DNA of 43,504 bases from positions 1-43,504 of the forward strand of contig JALTLO010000136.1 in the NCBI GenBank assembly GCA_027001995.1, written 5' to 3'. A program made the translations under genes and the position numbers. Within the stretch, counting starts at the first letter, position 1, and every line of letters starts with the position of its first letter. The notes below the pieces were generated by a model. The model saw only the letters and a program-made list of their open reading frames with translations. It had not been told where the DNA came from and made no database searches. The stretch comes from Planctomycetota bacterium (GTDB lineage: Bacteria; Planctomycetota; GCA-002687715; DRQF01). Below are positions 28,771 to 38,793 of the stretch, one piece after another.

Positions 28771-30747
28771 ATGGGTTTAAGGAAATCTTGCATCGTGGTC
28801 TTGGGCGTGTGTCTGTTGATCGTCTTAGGTACTGGTTTGCAGGCGCAGACAGTCTTTTTCGAAGACTTTTCTAGCGCGAGCGGAACGACTCCACCAACAG
28901 GGTGGTCCTCAGTTGTGGGCGTGACCACAGGGGCAACGGCCCAATGGCGCTACGACAATCCTCAGGGCAACCCTATCGCGAGCCCGATCATCGCACCGTT
29001 TGCGATCTGCGATTCGGATTTTGCCGGGGGTGGGTCCACGACCAATTCAACCCTCTTTTCTCCTCCTTTCGACGCTTCAACACAGACACAGATCAAGTTG
29101 GAATTCGACCAGTACTTCCGGGATCTCGGCGCTAGTACCATTCTCGTTGAGGCTTTTGATGGCGCGGTTTGGAATCTTGTCTACAGCCACACAGGTTCCC
29201 CAGCGGGCTCACCGACACTCCCAGATTCCCAGTCCTTTGACATCACGGCTTTGGCTGCTGGAGCGACAAACGCTCAGTTGAGATTTAATTACACCGCCGG
29301 TTTTGATTGGCATTGGATGGTTGACAATGTTCATGTTTTTGAGCCTGCCCTCATCGACGTGACTGTGCTTTCCATCGACAATCCCATCTTTGATCCTGAG
29401 GACTGCAATCCCATCCTCAACCCAACGGAGACCGTTTCAGTTTCATTGCAGACGAATGGCTCTCTACCGATTGGTCCAGGAAACGTGATTCAAGTAGAGG
29501 CATACATTGACAATGTACTGGTGCAAACAGACTTCTTGATCACTGCCCAGCAGTATGTGCAGGGCGATGTGATCCCCTTTACTTTTGCTCTTCCGGTTGC
29601 CACCGGATCTCCTGGTGCGAACGTTCTTTCAGTGAAAGTGGTCTTAACCGGTGATCAAGAGCCTGGGAATGACAGTATGAGCGTTCTGATTCACCAACCG
29701 GTTCAAGATGTCGGATACACGGAGAACTTTGATACTCCTCCTTTCAATACGGGAGTTGGATTTCCCAACAATTTCTCTGTTCCATCTTTTTGGCTGAACG
29801 ACCCCAATGACGGAGCGAGTGTGGCTGGAAATGCCATCCAAGGTTGGGCCCCAAGAAACTCTCCCACTGGTTCTGGACCTGCCAACGACCATACGTCTGG
29901 TTCTGGTGGATTCATGTATCTGGAAGACTCGGCCAGTCAACCTGGTGATGTCGCTCTCATGTCGCCCTGTCTGAATATCCTATCTGCGGCTTCTCTTCCT
30001 ACCGTTACATTTTGGTTCTATAGCGCTGCGAGCCCTGGAGCTGCCAATGAGAATGTCCTCACGATCGATATCATCGATGAGGATCTTGGGGGCATGGATA
30101 TTTTGGGTTTTGCCACCATATCTGGGAATGGCAACAATGAATGGACGCGGGTGTCCTTAGATCTTTCTACTATTTTTGCGTCAAAGGCAAGAATCGTCTT
30201 TCGGGCCAATAACGACAATGGCACGGATAGCAATGATCTGGCTATTGATGACTTTAGTTTCGTCAACCGTCTGCCTACTCTTGGGCAGGCGCCTCAACCA
30301 GGGCTTTCTGTGTTGGAGATCAACAATGCGCAGAACATCAATGGTGACCCTCTGGCTTTCGGTCTCAATGGACCCTATTTCACAACTGTGACTGAGGGTG
30401 ATATTTTGACTTTCGCTATGAGCGGTGAGCCCTTGCAACCCATCATTTTGTTTGCTGGCGCTCTCAACCCCAACGTGGCCAATTTTCCTGGGGTTGGTCA
30501 GATCGATGTGGGTGGACCCATCAATATGGGTTCGGGACTACCAACTTCGATTTTCGTTTTGGCTGATGGCACGGTCTTGGGCGGCTTTAATTCCTTCTTC
30601 GTCTTGGCAGCAAATGGAGAAGCGAACATTGGTTTCTCCGTACCCAATTTGCCTATCGGGGTCCTAAGCACCTTCCAATGTGCCATGTTCACCATGACAG
30701 GATCTGGTTTGGCTCTTTCTAACTGTGTCGAAGTGACAGTTCAGTAA
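28771..30747 (+). CDS. Secreted adhesin-like protein: cleaved-adhesin-like, CARDB-like and MAM-like domains plus a distinct C-terminal domain
   Basis: Signal peptide ending LQA-Q; FFEDFS..TPPTGW; DQEPGND; MAM-like ENFD...DHTSGSGGFMYLE...LMSP...AIDDF; very few Lys/Arg. Start moved to ATG 28771. Confidence 0.75.
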   Translation: MGLRKSCIVVLGVCLLIVLGTGLQAQTVFFEDFSSASGTTPPTGWSSVVGVTTGATAQWRYDNPQGNPIASPIIAPFAICDSDFAGGGSTTNSTLFSPPFDASTQTQIKLEFDQYFRDLGASTILVEAFDGAVWNLVYSHTGSPAGSPTLPDSQSFDITALAAGATNAQLRFNYTAGFDWHWMVDNVHVFEPALIDVTVLSIDNPIFDPEDCNPILNPTETVSVSLQTNGSLPIGPGNVIQVEAYIDNVLVQTDFLITAQQYVQGDVIPFTFALPVATGSPGANVLSVKVVLTGDQEPGNDSMSVLIHQPVQDVGYTENFDTPPFNTGVGFPNNFSVPSFWLNDPNDGASVAGNAIQGWAPRNSPTGSGPANDHTSGSGGFMYLEDSASQPGDVALMSPCLNILSAASLPTVTFWFYSAASPGAANENVLTIDIIDEDLGGMDILGFATISGNGNNEWTRVSLDLSTIFASKARIVFRANNDNGTDSNDLAIDDFSFVNRLPTLGQAPQPGLSVLEINNAQNINGDPLAFGLNGPYFTTVTEGDILTFAMSGEPLQPIILFAGALNPNVANFPGVGQIDVGGPINMGSGLPTSIFVLADGTVLGGFNSFFVLAANGEANIGFSVPNLPIGVLSTFQCAMFTMTGSGLALSNCVEVTVQ

Positions 30748-30773
30748 GGCAGATTCGGATTTTCCACAATCTA

Positions 30774-30814
30774 AGGCAGGGGACTGCTCTTCAAAGCAGT
30801 CCTTTGTTTGTTTT
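30774..30814 (+). terminator. Rho-independent terminator
   Basis: Stem GGACTGCT / AGCAGTCC with a 6-nt loop, followed by TTTGTTTGTTTT, 27 bp after the stop codon. Confidence 0.8.
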
Positions 30815-30890
30815 CATGTCGCTGCGGTGATGAAGCGACTTCGAAAAACACCAGGGCGTAGATAGGCGGTAGGTGGGTTGAGTGAGCGAC

Positions 30891-32387
30891 TCAAGGAGAA
30901 CGATCAATCCAAGTAAAGACGGTACTGCCTCGAACTTCTCGTTTCATCGATGGGGGTGGGGTCCATTTCTTGCTGGCCAAGATTTCATTTTCGAACGCTC
31001 GCGGGCAAATGAGAGCAAAGCGAGATTGTGGGAGTTCTCCTTTTCGCCAACGTAAGTAATAGGTCTCGACTTCGCCTGGTGCCCGTATTCCATCGATGGA
31101 CCAGCCGTCAAGATAAAATGTGACAGGGGTAATTTCACCGGTCATGAGGATGAGGCAATCCGGGCCCAAGCGACTGTTGATGGCAGCGGCGATCTTAAGG
31201 GCACGTCCTTGGTATTCTGTGTCGATCCGTTCCTGAGTCATGTGATCCCCATAGGCCAATACGCTCAAGGCGACTATCGCCCCCAAGATCGTGTTGAGAC
31301 CTAAGAGGAAACTCAAGAACTGAGCTCCAGAAATGGTGGCGCAAACAACCAAGGAGTACCACCAAAAATCATGATGGTATGCTTGGACTGGAAAGACCAT
31401 CATCTTAAGGAATGCAGCGATGAAGAAGCTGCATTGAAGCGCATCAAGAGTTGAAGTCTGTGGGCCCATCACCCGACCAAGACTACGTACCCCCCCAAGA
31501 GCGGTGATGATCGCCAAGGGCCAGCCCAAAGTGCTGATCCAATGGCCAACTTGTTGGCTGAGGAATCCTGGTGCTGTCAAAGCCTGCAAGCTCATAGCAT
31601 TGCCTCCGGACTCTCGCAGGGCTGAGAAGGCTTCGACGAATCCCCCTTGCCAGGAACTCAACAGAAGAAAATAGGTGAGAAAACCTAGGCCTAAGGTCAG
31701 AGTGGCAACAACAACCGTTCTTATGACGGGGGCGGACCGTTGCTTGGCCATCAGTATGAAACCTGGCAAATAGAAGAGGGCAGCCCAATCAACCATGGCG
31801 GCCATGTATAGGGCGAGCAAGCAGAGTGTCCAGCGTTGAACCGGAGAGTTCTTCTTGGGGATAGAGCCTAGGCTTAAGAGCCCCAAGAGTAGAATTATGG
31901 GGGCGTAGGAAGCACTCATGCCATGGTGCAAAGTGACTGGCAAAGATAAGAAAGCTATTGCTGCCCCCAAGGCTCCCTTGGCACCCAGGGCGTTGCCGCA
32001 AAATAGCATGAGGGTTAGAAGACTGAGGGCGGTGGACACAAAACCCATGGTGCGAAACGAGGATTCCCGAAATCCTCCCAAGTAGATGAAGAGTCGCAAA
32101 ATGTAGTGAGCAAGGGGAGGGTGATTGGCGTAAATTTCTCCTTCCATCGGAGTCGATGGTATGGGGGTTAACCGAGGCTTACCGCCTTCAGCCCAAAGTC
32201 CATCTCGAAGCCAGCCTTTTTGAATGCCCCCATAGTATCGGCCATCCAACATACTCTCATGACCGCCGTCGAATGGCAGGTCAAGGATGGGATAGAACCG
32301 AACTCCACAGGCCAGCAAAGCTAAGCCACAAAGAAGGAAAGCCAGGGGTCTATTCACAGAGATGAGCTCCAAATTGATGGGGTCCAT
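30891..32387 (-). CDS. Polytopic membrane protein, ArnT/PMT-like GT-C glycosyltransferase
   Basis: First loop with DGGHE, then YANHPPL, G..E.SFR and AMVDW motifs; about 11 hydrophobic segments. Confidence 0.7.
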   Translation of the reverse strand: MDPINLELISVNRPLAFLLCGLALLACGVRFYPILDLPFDGGHESMLDGRYYGGIQKGWLRDGLWAEGGKPRLTPIPSTPMEGEIYANHPPLAHYILRLFIYLGGFRESSFRTMGFVSTALSLLTLMLFCGNALGAKGALGAAIAFLSLPVTLHHGMSASYAPIILLLGLLSLGSIPKKNSPVQRWTLCLLALYMAAMVDWAALFYLPGFILMAKQRSAPVIRTVVVATLTLGLGFLTYFLLLSSWQGGFVEAFSALRESGGNAMSLQALTAPGFLSQQVGHWISTLGWPLAIITALGGVRSLGRVMGPQTSTLDALQCSFFIAAFLKMMVFPVQAYHHDFWWYSLVVCATISGAQFLSFLLGLNTILGAIVALSVLAYGDHMTQERIDTEYQGRALKIAAAINSRLGPDCLILMTGEITPVTFYLDGWSIDGIRAPGEVETYYLRWRKGELPQSRFALICPRAFENEILASKKWTPPPSMKREVRGSTVFTWIDRSP

Positions 32388-32414
32388 ATGTGGTGGTTGA
32401 GTTGGTGATTGCCA

Positions 32415-32927
32415 TCACGCCTGTTTCTTTCTCGCCCGTTTTCTTCGGTTCAAGTAGGGAAGGAAAAACAGGTATAAGCCAGTGACCCAGAGGACTAAAA
32501 GAATGATCGCTGTGGGCAGGAACACAATGAGCTTGAGACCAAAGTAGGATCCATCATGGATGCTCTCGATCAAGTCTGATCGACGATAGCTTTCTTGCAA
32601 GATTGCTAAAGTTCCGAGATCCAGCTGGAGTTCCCAACTGTTGTTTGCTCTGACTTTTACGATTCCTTTTGACGGTCTCACGTCCAAGCGGCTGATGTCC
32701 TTCCAACTTTTGATGTCCGTGTTCTTGCCGAGTTTTGCCGCGTCGAGAATAAACTGGAGCCTGGCATCGGGCTGTTTGAGGCTCCCGGATTGGGTCGCGG
32801 GTTGGATCCAAGTGCTGTTCTTCTTGAGTTGCAAAACGATGCCGGTTCCAATGACAACAAGTAAAGGCAGGGCCGTTAGGATGGCCCCCCAACGGTGAAT
32901 TTTGCGATTCAGGACATGGGCGCTCAC
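32415..32927 (-). CDS. PepSY-associated TM helix domain protein
   Basis: NRKIHRWG...TGIVLQLK, RLDVRPSKG, RRSDLIESIHDGS and WVTGLYL; GTG start at 32927 with AAGGAG 7 nt upstream. Confidence 0.85.
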   Translation of the reverse strand: MSAHVLNRKIHRWGAILTALPLLVVIGTGIVLQLKKNSTWIQPATQSGSLKQPDARLQFILDAAKLGKNTDIKSWKDISRLDVRPSKGIVKVRANNSWELQLDLGTLAILQESYRRSDLIESIHDGSYFGLKLIVFLPTAIILLVLWVTGLYLFFLPYLNRRKRARKKQA

Positions 32928-33106
32928 AGCACGCTCCTTCTGTTTCGGTTCGAAATCTGTCGAAATTTGTTGGCGATTCTCCCGATCGCGCTCAAATTCC
33001 ACCAAAAGCCGCCCATAAATCAATGCCTGAGTAAACATTTCATTGACCTTCCTCAGCTGGCGGTATGGAATGGACGACCTGGCAATTTTGACGACCACCA
33101 TTTTGG

Positions 33107-36100
33107 ATGCACACCATGCAGAGAATTCTTCAGATCTCCTATCTTCTTTTCGGGCTACTTTTGACGTTCAGTCCCTTGGAAGCGCAAGACAGCAAGAAAA
33201 CAAAGACCAAGACGGCCACAGTGAAAGACGAATCTCCTCTCAAGAGCGAAGATATGAATTCGTTGCGCTGGCGAAGTGTTGGGCCTGCTGTCATGGGTGG
33301 ACGCATTACATCTTTGGCAGTCAACGAATCCGATCCGAAAATGTGGTGGGCGGGAACGGCAGCAGGTGGATTGCTGAAAACCGTCAACAACGGGACTACT
33401 TTTGAATATCAGTTTCAAAACGAAGCTCGCTCATCCATTGGGGACGTAGCGGTTTCCAAGTCGAACCCGGAGATTGTCTGGGTTGGTACGGGGGAGGCAA
33501 ATCCACGTAATTCAGTTTCTTGGGGAAACGGAGTCTACAAGTCTGTTGATGGCGGTGCGACTTGGCAACATATGGGCTTGGATCAGACATTCCAGATTAG
33601 TTCTGTACGGATTCATCCCTCGGACCCGGACACCGTTTACGTGGGGGCTTTGGGGCGACTTTGGGGACCCAATGAACAGCGGGGTCTTTTCAAGACGACT
33701 GATGGTGGTGTTACCTGGAAGAAAATCCACTACATCAACGACGAGACCGGTGTCATCGACATTCAAATGAACCCAAAGGACCCCAAAATACTTTTGGTTG
33801 CAACTTACGAGCGTAAGCGGGATGGCTTCGATGGCAACGCGCCGGTGAAGAAGTGGGGAGAAGGTGCCGGGCTTTACCGTACTGAGGATGGAGGTGAAAC
33901 TTTCTCTCAAATTACTGAGGGCATGCCAAGTTGCAAAATTGGTCGGATTGGTTTGGAGTTCTATCGTAAAGATCCCAATATTGTCTACATGGTCCTGGAA
34001 TCAGAGAAGATGGGCAAGGAACCCGCCAATGCCCCTTACATGGGAATCACCGGTGAGAATGCTGATGTCGGGGCTCGTCTTTTGTCTGTTGTGAAAGGTG
34101 GCCCCGCTGCCATAGGCGGCTTGGAAAAGGATGACATTGTGCTGCGTTTAGGCGATGTCACTGTTCATTCCTACAAGGAGCTTATCGCTCAGATTCGTCG
34201 CCACAGCGCCGGAGAATCGGTGCAGTTGGAAGTTTCGAGGAATCGTAAGAGCCAACTGCTTACAGTTGCTTTAGGAAACAAGCCCAAACCCAAGAAGAAC
34301 GCCAATCGACGAGGCCGCAATCGCCAATCTTCTAATCCTTTCGGTGTGCGTTTGGGAGGGCAAGCTGCCAACCTGCAAGGACAGCAAGGAGGTGAGAGCG
34401 AGCATGAGTACGGAGGTGTTTACAAGTCGACGGATGGTGGGAAGTCGTGGGCGCGCATCAATTCAGTTAATCCTCGCCCCATGTATTTTAGCGAAATCCG
34501 CACAGATCCTAACGATGACAAGTATCTTTGGCTAGCAGGTGTTTCTCTTTACAAATCTCGTGACGGCGGGGATACGTTCACTGGAGATGGCGCCCCCAGA
34601 AGCGTTCATGTTGATCACCATGCCCTCTGGATCGATCCCGCAGATGGGCGCCATATGATCCTGGGCAACGACGGCGGTCTCTATGTCACCTATGACCGTG
34701 GGCTCAACTGGGATCATCACAACCATGTGGCTATCGGTCAGTTCTATCATGTGACCGTGGGCCCAAGGCGGAACTACAAGATCTACGGCGGCCTCCAAGA
34801 CAACGGAAGTTGGGGCGGTCCCAATCGGGTTCGTTCCGGGTTGGGGCCGATCAACGAAGACTGGATCAAAATCGGTGGTGGTGACGGCTTCGTTTGCCGC
34901 GTCGACAAGGAAGATCCAGATCAGATTTACTACGAAAGTCAAAATGGTGGTATGGGGCGCCGAAACTTGCTGACCGGTGCTCGTGGCAGCAATCGTCCCC
35001 GTCCCTCCAGAAGAGGTGGGGCTTCAGCGAAAGGAAAGAAGGGCCCCCGAGAGAACTACCGTTTCAATTGGCGCACTCCTTTCATTCTGTCGAACCACAA
35101 TTCACGTATTTTCTACACAGCAGGCAACAAGGTCTTCCGCTCCCTTGATCGTGGAAACAAGATGGAAGCGATTTCTCCAGAGATTACCGCCACGAAGAAG
35201 GGGAGCGCCACAGCACTCGCTGAGTCCCCGAGAGATGCCAAGGTCCTCTACGTTGGTACTGACGATGGTGCCTTTTGGCGCACTCAGAATGGTGGGCACA
35301 CCTGGGAAAATCTCTTTGTCCCATTCACGGGAGGCGATTCTTCCATCGCTAGGAAGCTGGTGCCGTTAAAGAAAGAAAAGAAAATCGTTGTCGCGGCTAC
35401 CAACCCAGAAACTGGTGTGGAAACAGTTGCATCTCTGCGGGTCTCCAAGAAGAAAGCAAAGGGCAAGAAAGCGAAAGTTGCCAAGAGAAAGAGGATAAGC
35501 AATCTTCCCACCATGGTCCCAGGACGGCGTTGGGTGAGCCAGATTGTTGCTTCCCGATATAAGACATCGCGGGTTTATGCCACATTTGACGCTCACCGTT
35601 CCAATGACGATCGTCCCTATCCTGTGGTCAGCGAGGACTATGGGACCACTTGGCGCTCCATTCGAGGAGATCTGCCGAAGGACGTAGGATCCACCCGAAC
35701 CATAGCGGAAGACATTGTTAACCCGAATATTCTCTACTTGGGCTGTGAATTCAGTGCATGGTTGTCAATTGATCGTGGTCTCCATTGGGCTAAGCTCAAT
35801 TGCAGTAATTTACCAACCGTTCCCGTCCATGCTTTTGCTCAACACAAAGAATCTGGGGAGTTAGTGGCCGGTACTCATGGGAGGAGCTTGTGGATTCTTG
35901 ATGTCAGTGCAATTCGTCAATTGACCCCGGAAAAAATCGCTGAGGCGGGCCATCTCTATCAGCCTTCTACGGCGATTATTTGGCGTTCTGATCCCAGTAA
36001 GGGCAGCACAACTCGCCGATTCGTTGGGGAGAATCCTCCCTCTGGCGCTCAGATTACCTATTCGTTGGGCAAGAAAGCGCGAGCTGTAACGCTGACGATT

Positions 36101-36451
36101 AAAGACGCCGGTGGCAAAGTCGTCACCACCCTTGAAACCAATTTGTCCAAGGGCATACATCAAACCAACTGGAACTTGCGGGGTGCTCCTCGCAGTCGGA
36201 CAGCGGATGGTCGAGAAATCCCCATGCGCTTCCGCAGGCGTTTTGCCCCACGGGTGAAACCGGGAGAGTTTACCGTTGTCCTCAACGTTGATGGCAAAGA
36301 AATGAGTCATTCTTTTACTGTTGAGATTGATCCCGAGAACCGAGACGAAACTTGGCTTGAACACGAGTTCGAAGCTGAAGTCATGGAAGCCATGGAAGGG
36401 GAAGAAGGCGGCGATGAAGGAGACGACAATGCTGACCTGCTTCAGGACTAG
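33107..36451 (+). CDS. Secreted sortilin/VPS10-like (BNR/Asp-box repeat) protein with an inserted PDZ domain
   Basis: WRSVGPAVMGGRI, GTGEANPRNSVSWGNG, many S/TxDGGxTW Asp-boxes, GGLQDNGSW, GTHGRS; PDZ (YMGI...GGPAAIGGLEKDDIV) at about 34033-34277. Start may be 33116. Confidence 0.88.
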   Translation: MHTMQRILQISYLLFGLLLTFSPLEAQDSKKTKTKTATVKDESPLKSEDMNSLRWRSVGPAVMGGRITSLAVNESDPKMWWAGTAAGGLLKTVNNGTTFEYQFQNEARSSIGDVAVSKSNPEIVWVGTGEANPRNSVSWGNGVYKSVDGGATWQHMGLDQTFQISSVRIHPSDPDTVYVGALGRLWGPNEQRGLFKTTDGGVTWKKIHYINDETGVIDIQMNPKDPKILLVATYERKRDGFDGNAPVKKWGEGAGLYRTEDGGETFSQITEGMPSCKIGRIGLEFYRKDPNIVYMVLESEKMGKEPANAPYMGITGENADVGARLLSVVKGGPAAIGGLEKDDIVLRLGDVTVHSYKELIAQIRRHSAGESVQLEVSRNRKSQLLTVALGNKPKPKKNANRRGRNRQSSNPFGVRLGGQAANLQGQQGGESEHEYGGVYKSTDGGKSWARINSVNPRPMYFSEIRTDPNDDKYLWLAGVSLYKSRDGGDTFTGDGAPRSVHVDHHALWIDPADGRHMILGNDGGLYVTYDRGLNWDHHNHVAIGQFYHVTVGPRRNYKIYGGLQDNGSWGGPNRVRSGLGPINEDWIKIGGGDGFVCRVDKEDPDQIYYESQNGGMGRRNLLTGARGSNRPRPSRRGGASAKGKKGPRENYRFNWRTPFILSNHNSRIFYTAGNKVFRSLDRGNKMEAISPEITATKKGSATALAESPRDAKVLYVGTDDGAFWRTQNGGHTWENLFVPFTGGDSSIARKLVPLKKEKKIVVAATNPETGVETVASLRVSKKKAKGKKAKVAKRKRISNLPTMVPGRRWVSQIVASRYKTSRVYATFDAHRSNDDRPYPVVSEDYGTTWRSIRGDLPKDVGSTRTIAEDIVNPNILYLGCEFSAWLSIDRGLHWAKLNCSNLPTVPVHAFAQHKESGELVAGTHGRSLWILDVSAIRQLTPEKIAEAGHLYQPSTAIIWRSDPSKGSTTRRFVGENPPSGAQITYSLGKKARAVTLTIKDAGGKVVTTLETNLSKGIHQTNWNLRGAPRSRTADGREIPMRFRRRFAPRVKPGEFTVVLNVDGKEMSHSFTVEIDPENRDETWLEHEFEAEVMEAMEGEEGGDEGDDNADLLQD

Positions 36452-36489
36452 AAAACCGGGCCTTTGATAACCGAACGTCCAATTGGCCT

Positions 36490-36531
36490 GTTTCTGTGGG
36501 TTTTCTGTGCTTACTGGGAACCCACAGAGGC
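36490..36531. terminator. Hairpin between convergent genes, probable bidirectional terminator
   Basis: TCTGTGGGTT ... AACCCACAGA perfect 10-bp stem, extendable with G-U pairs. Confidence 0.6.
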
Positions 36532-36624
36532 TTGAATTGGCGAAAGCGGCCCAAGAGCAAGAGCGTCATCTTTATGGCGGAATGGTAACGAAAGCGAATC
36601 GTTCTTTTGGCGAAAACCATCACT

Positions 36625-38613
36625 TTAGTTTCCTATAGGTTTCTCTGACCCCTTTTCTGCTTTGTGTTTCGCTTTAGCGCTTCTTTGTTGGCGAGCAGCG
36701 GCGATTGCTTCCGGGGTGGTTTTGATTGTCAGTGTGAGCCGATCGGAGCTGCCCCCGGCGTGAAAGCGTCTTTGGCCGGTGAATGGCACTTCTATCTCTC
36801 CGATACGCAAGTGAACGGTGAAATCTCCTTTGGGGACGGAGATTGTGCAGGAGCCGTTGTAAACCGTGCCTGGATAACTCAACCCATTCTCGAACATCAG
36901 GACCAATTGAAGGTCTGACCCTAAGCCTTCGGCGATATGTCCCTCGATGGTACTCGTCACACGCAGGAAACGGTGGAAAACGAGCTCTTGCGATATACCG
37001 GTATTCTTAAGTTCTTCTGGCGAGTAGAACAGAACGTGGGCTTTGAGGTCCTTTGCTTTCACAGGAATTGCTACGGTCACTTTTCCGTCCTTTTGGATTC
37101 GACCGTGCCCGATAATCTTGCCTTCAGCATTGCTGATACTGACCTGTCCTCCAATTGGTTCTTTTTCGACGTCAAGGCAATAAAAGGTAATGGTTCTCAG
37201 TTTTCCCCTCATGTCGAGGGGGTTTAACCTTGGGTCTGTTGACGTTTCTCCTCCTCGAATGATGACGTCAGTAAACTCGATGGCTTTTTTGCCGGTCATT
37301 TCACAAGTGACCGTGTAGCTTCCCTCTGGGATTTTCCAGGGTGTCAGGAAACTTCCGTCCTTATTTGGAACCATGAGCGTCACGTTTGGCTTGGTGTTGA
37401 TCTGAAATGAGAATGAGTCGAGGGGCACATTCAAGTCAGCGATGACTCTTCCCGAAAAAAGACCACCTGTTGGAACGATAATTCTTATTCCTGTTGCCCC
37501 CATGGTGTATGGCTGAGACAAGGTGAAGTTATATCCATACTTTCTAGCAGAGATGCGAAACTCGGGAACATTTAGGTCGGTTACAATTCGAAAGTGACCA
37601 TGCTTATCCGTGTGGTATGTCTCCCCAGGAATGAGTTTCGATTGGCCCCCTTGGTCATCGAAGATGGACACCATCGCCTCCCCGAATGGTTTCCCCGTGG
37701 TATCGACCACGATTCCTGAGGCGAGAAGCTGAGTCTTCTTCAAACGGACATCGCCTAAATTGATGAGGTGTTCCCAAGGGGGAGTGGGCAATTTCACTGA
37801 GGCTTTTCCGTCCCCAACAAACTCTAAGAGCACCAATGTTTCATCTATATTTAGGGCCGACGTCAATTCGAAGCTGACAACACCATTCTCATTCGAATTA
37901 ACACGAACCTGCCTCGAAAGCATGGGAGCGACTCCCTGTATGCGTTCACAGATACGAATAGTGGAATTGGACAATGTTGAGCCGTCGCTTCCTATGATTC
38001 GTGCTTTGACAATGGGTCCATTCGAGTGGTCGAGCAGGGTGATGTCTCCGAGGTCTGCCACCGGCCACTTAGCATTTTGAGGCCAGCGAATTTTGCCGTG
38101 GGAGGTGACATGTCCGTCCTGATCATGAAGTTCGAAGACAATGAATGTCTGAGGATCCACATCGTCTTGACTGGCATCGAGTATGAGTTCAACCCTTCCT
38201 TCAACTCCTGTTTTTGTCTGGTGCTGGCTGACCGGGATGGGCTTGTTGGTGTTTGCCCTGGACATGTAGCGTTCCGGGCTTGGCAATTCTTGAACACGGA
38301 TGAGAGAGTTTTCCGCCACAAACATATTGCTGTCATGAAACAGTCGAGCTTTGATTTTCCATGTGGTGTGCTTGCTGAGAGTGATTGGGGTATTCTCTTG
38401 TGAGGCGGGCTTCTCCTCACGTTGCTTTACTACACCTTGGGGGATGCTCTGACTTAGTTGGTCGACGGGGTTACCTGCGGCGGGCTGAAGGGTTTGCTTC
38501 TTATCTTGGAGGCGGGGCTCTGCTTGCCTAGGGAGCAGTAGGAACCAGCAGATGATTGGGAGGGCTATAAGTCCCAATATCCACACCAGTCGACGATCAC
38601 TTTGAACTGCCAT
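36625..38613 (-). CDS. Membrane-anchored protein with carboxypeptidase-regulatory-like beta-sandwich domains
   Basis: N-terminal TM; SGIVVDTTGKPFGEAMV...TDKHGHF; DPRLNPLDMRG motif. Confidence 0.7.
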   Translation of the reverse strand: MAVQSDRRLVWILGLIALPIICWFLLLPRQAEPRLQDKKQTLQPAAGNPVDQLSQSIPQGVVKQREEKPASQENTPITLSKHTTWKIKARLFHDSNMFVAENSLIRVQELPSPERYMSRANTNKPIPVSQHQTKTGVEGRVELILDASQDDVDPQTFIVFELHDQDGHVTSHGKIRWPQNAKWPVADLGDITLLDHSNGPIVKARIIGSDGSTLSNSTIRICERIQGVAPMLSRQVRVNSNENGVVSFELTSALNIDETLVLLEFVGDGKASVKLPTPPWEHLINLGDVRLKKTQLLASGIVVDTTGKPFGEAMVSIFDDQGGQSKLIPGETYHTDKHGHFRIVTDLNVPEFRISARKYGYNFTLSQPYTMGATGIRIIVPTGGLFSGRVIADLNVPLDSFSFQINTKPNVTLMVPNKDGSFLTPWKIPEGSYTVTCEMTGKKAIEFTDVIIRGGETSTDPRLNPLDMRGKLRTITFYCLDVEKEPIGGQVSISNAEGKIIGHGRIQKDGKVTVAIPVKAKDLKAHVLFYSPEELKNTGISQELVFHRFLRVTSTIEGHIAEGLGSDLQLVLMFENGLSYPGTVYNGSCTISVPKGDFTVHLRIGEIEVPFTGQRRFHAGGSSDRLTLTIKTTPEAIAAARQQRSAKAKHKAEKGSEKPIGN

Positions 38614-38793
38614 GACAATACCCCTTCAGACTCATCCAAGCTCCTCTTGATCTTACGTGGTCATGTCGCTCAGCAAAGAAGTAATCGTCGGATTTGTCGT
38701 GGATTGGGCCAACAATGGAGGTCAAATCGTTTTGTCTACGAATGTGTTCGGCGGTTGAAGCAGAGGGTGGGCCCAATGCACACCCAGGAGGCT

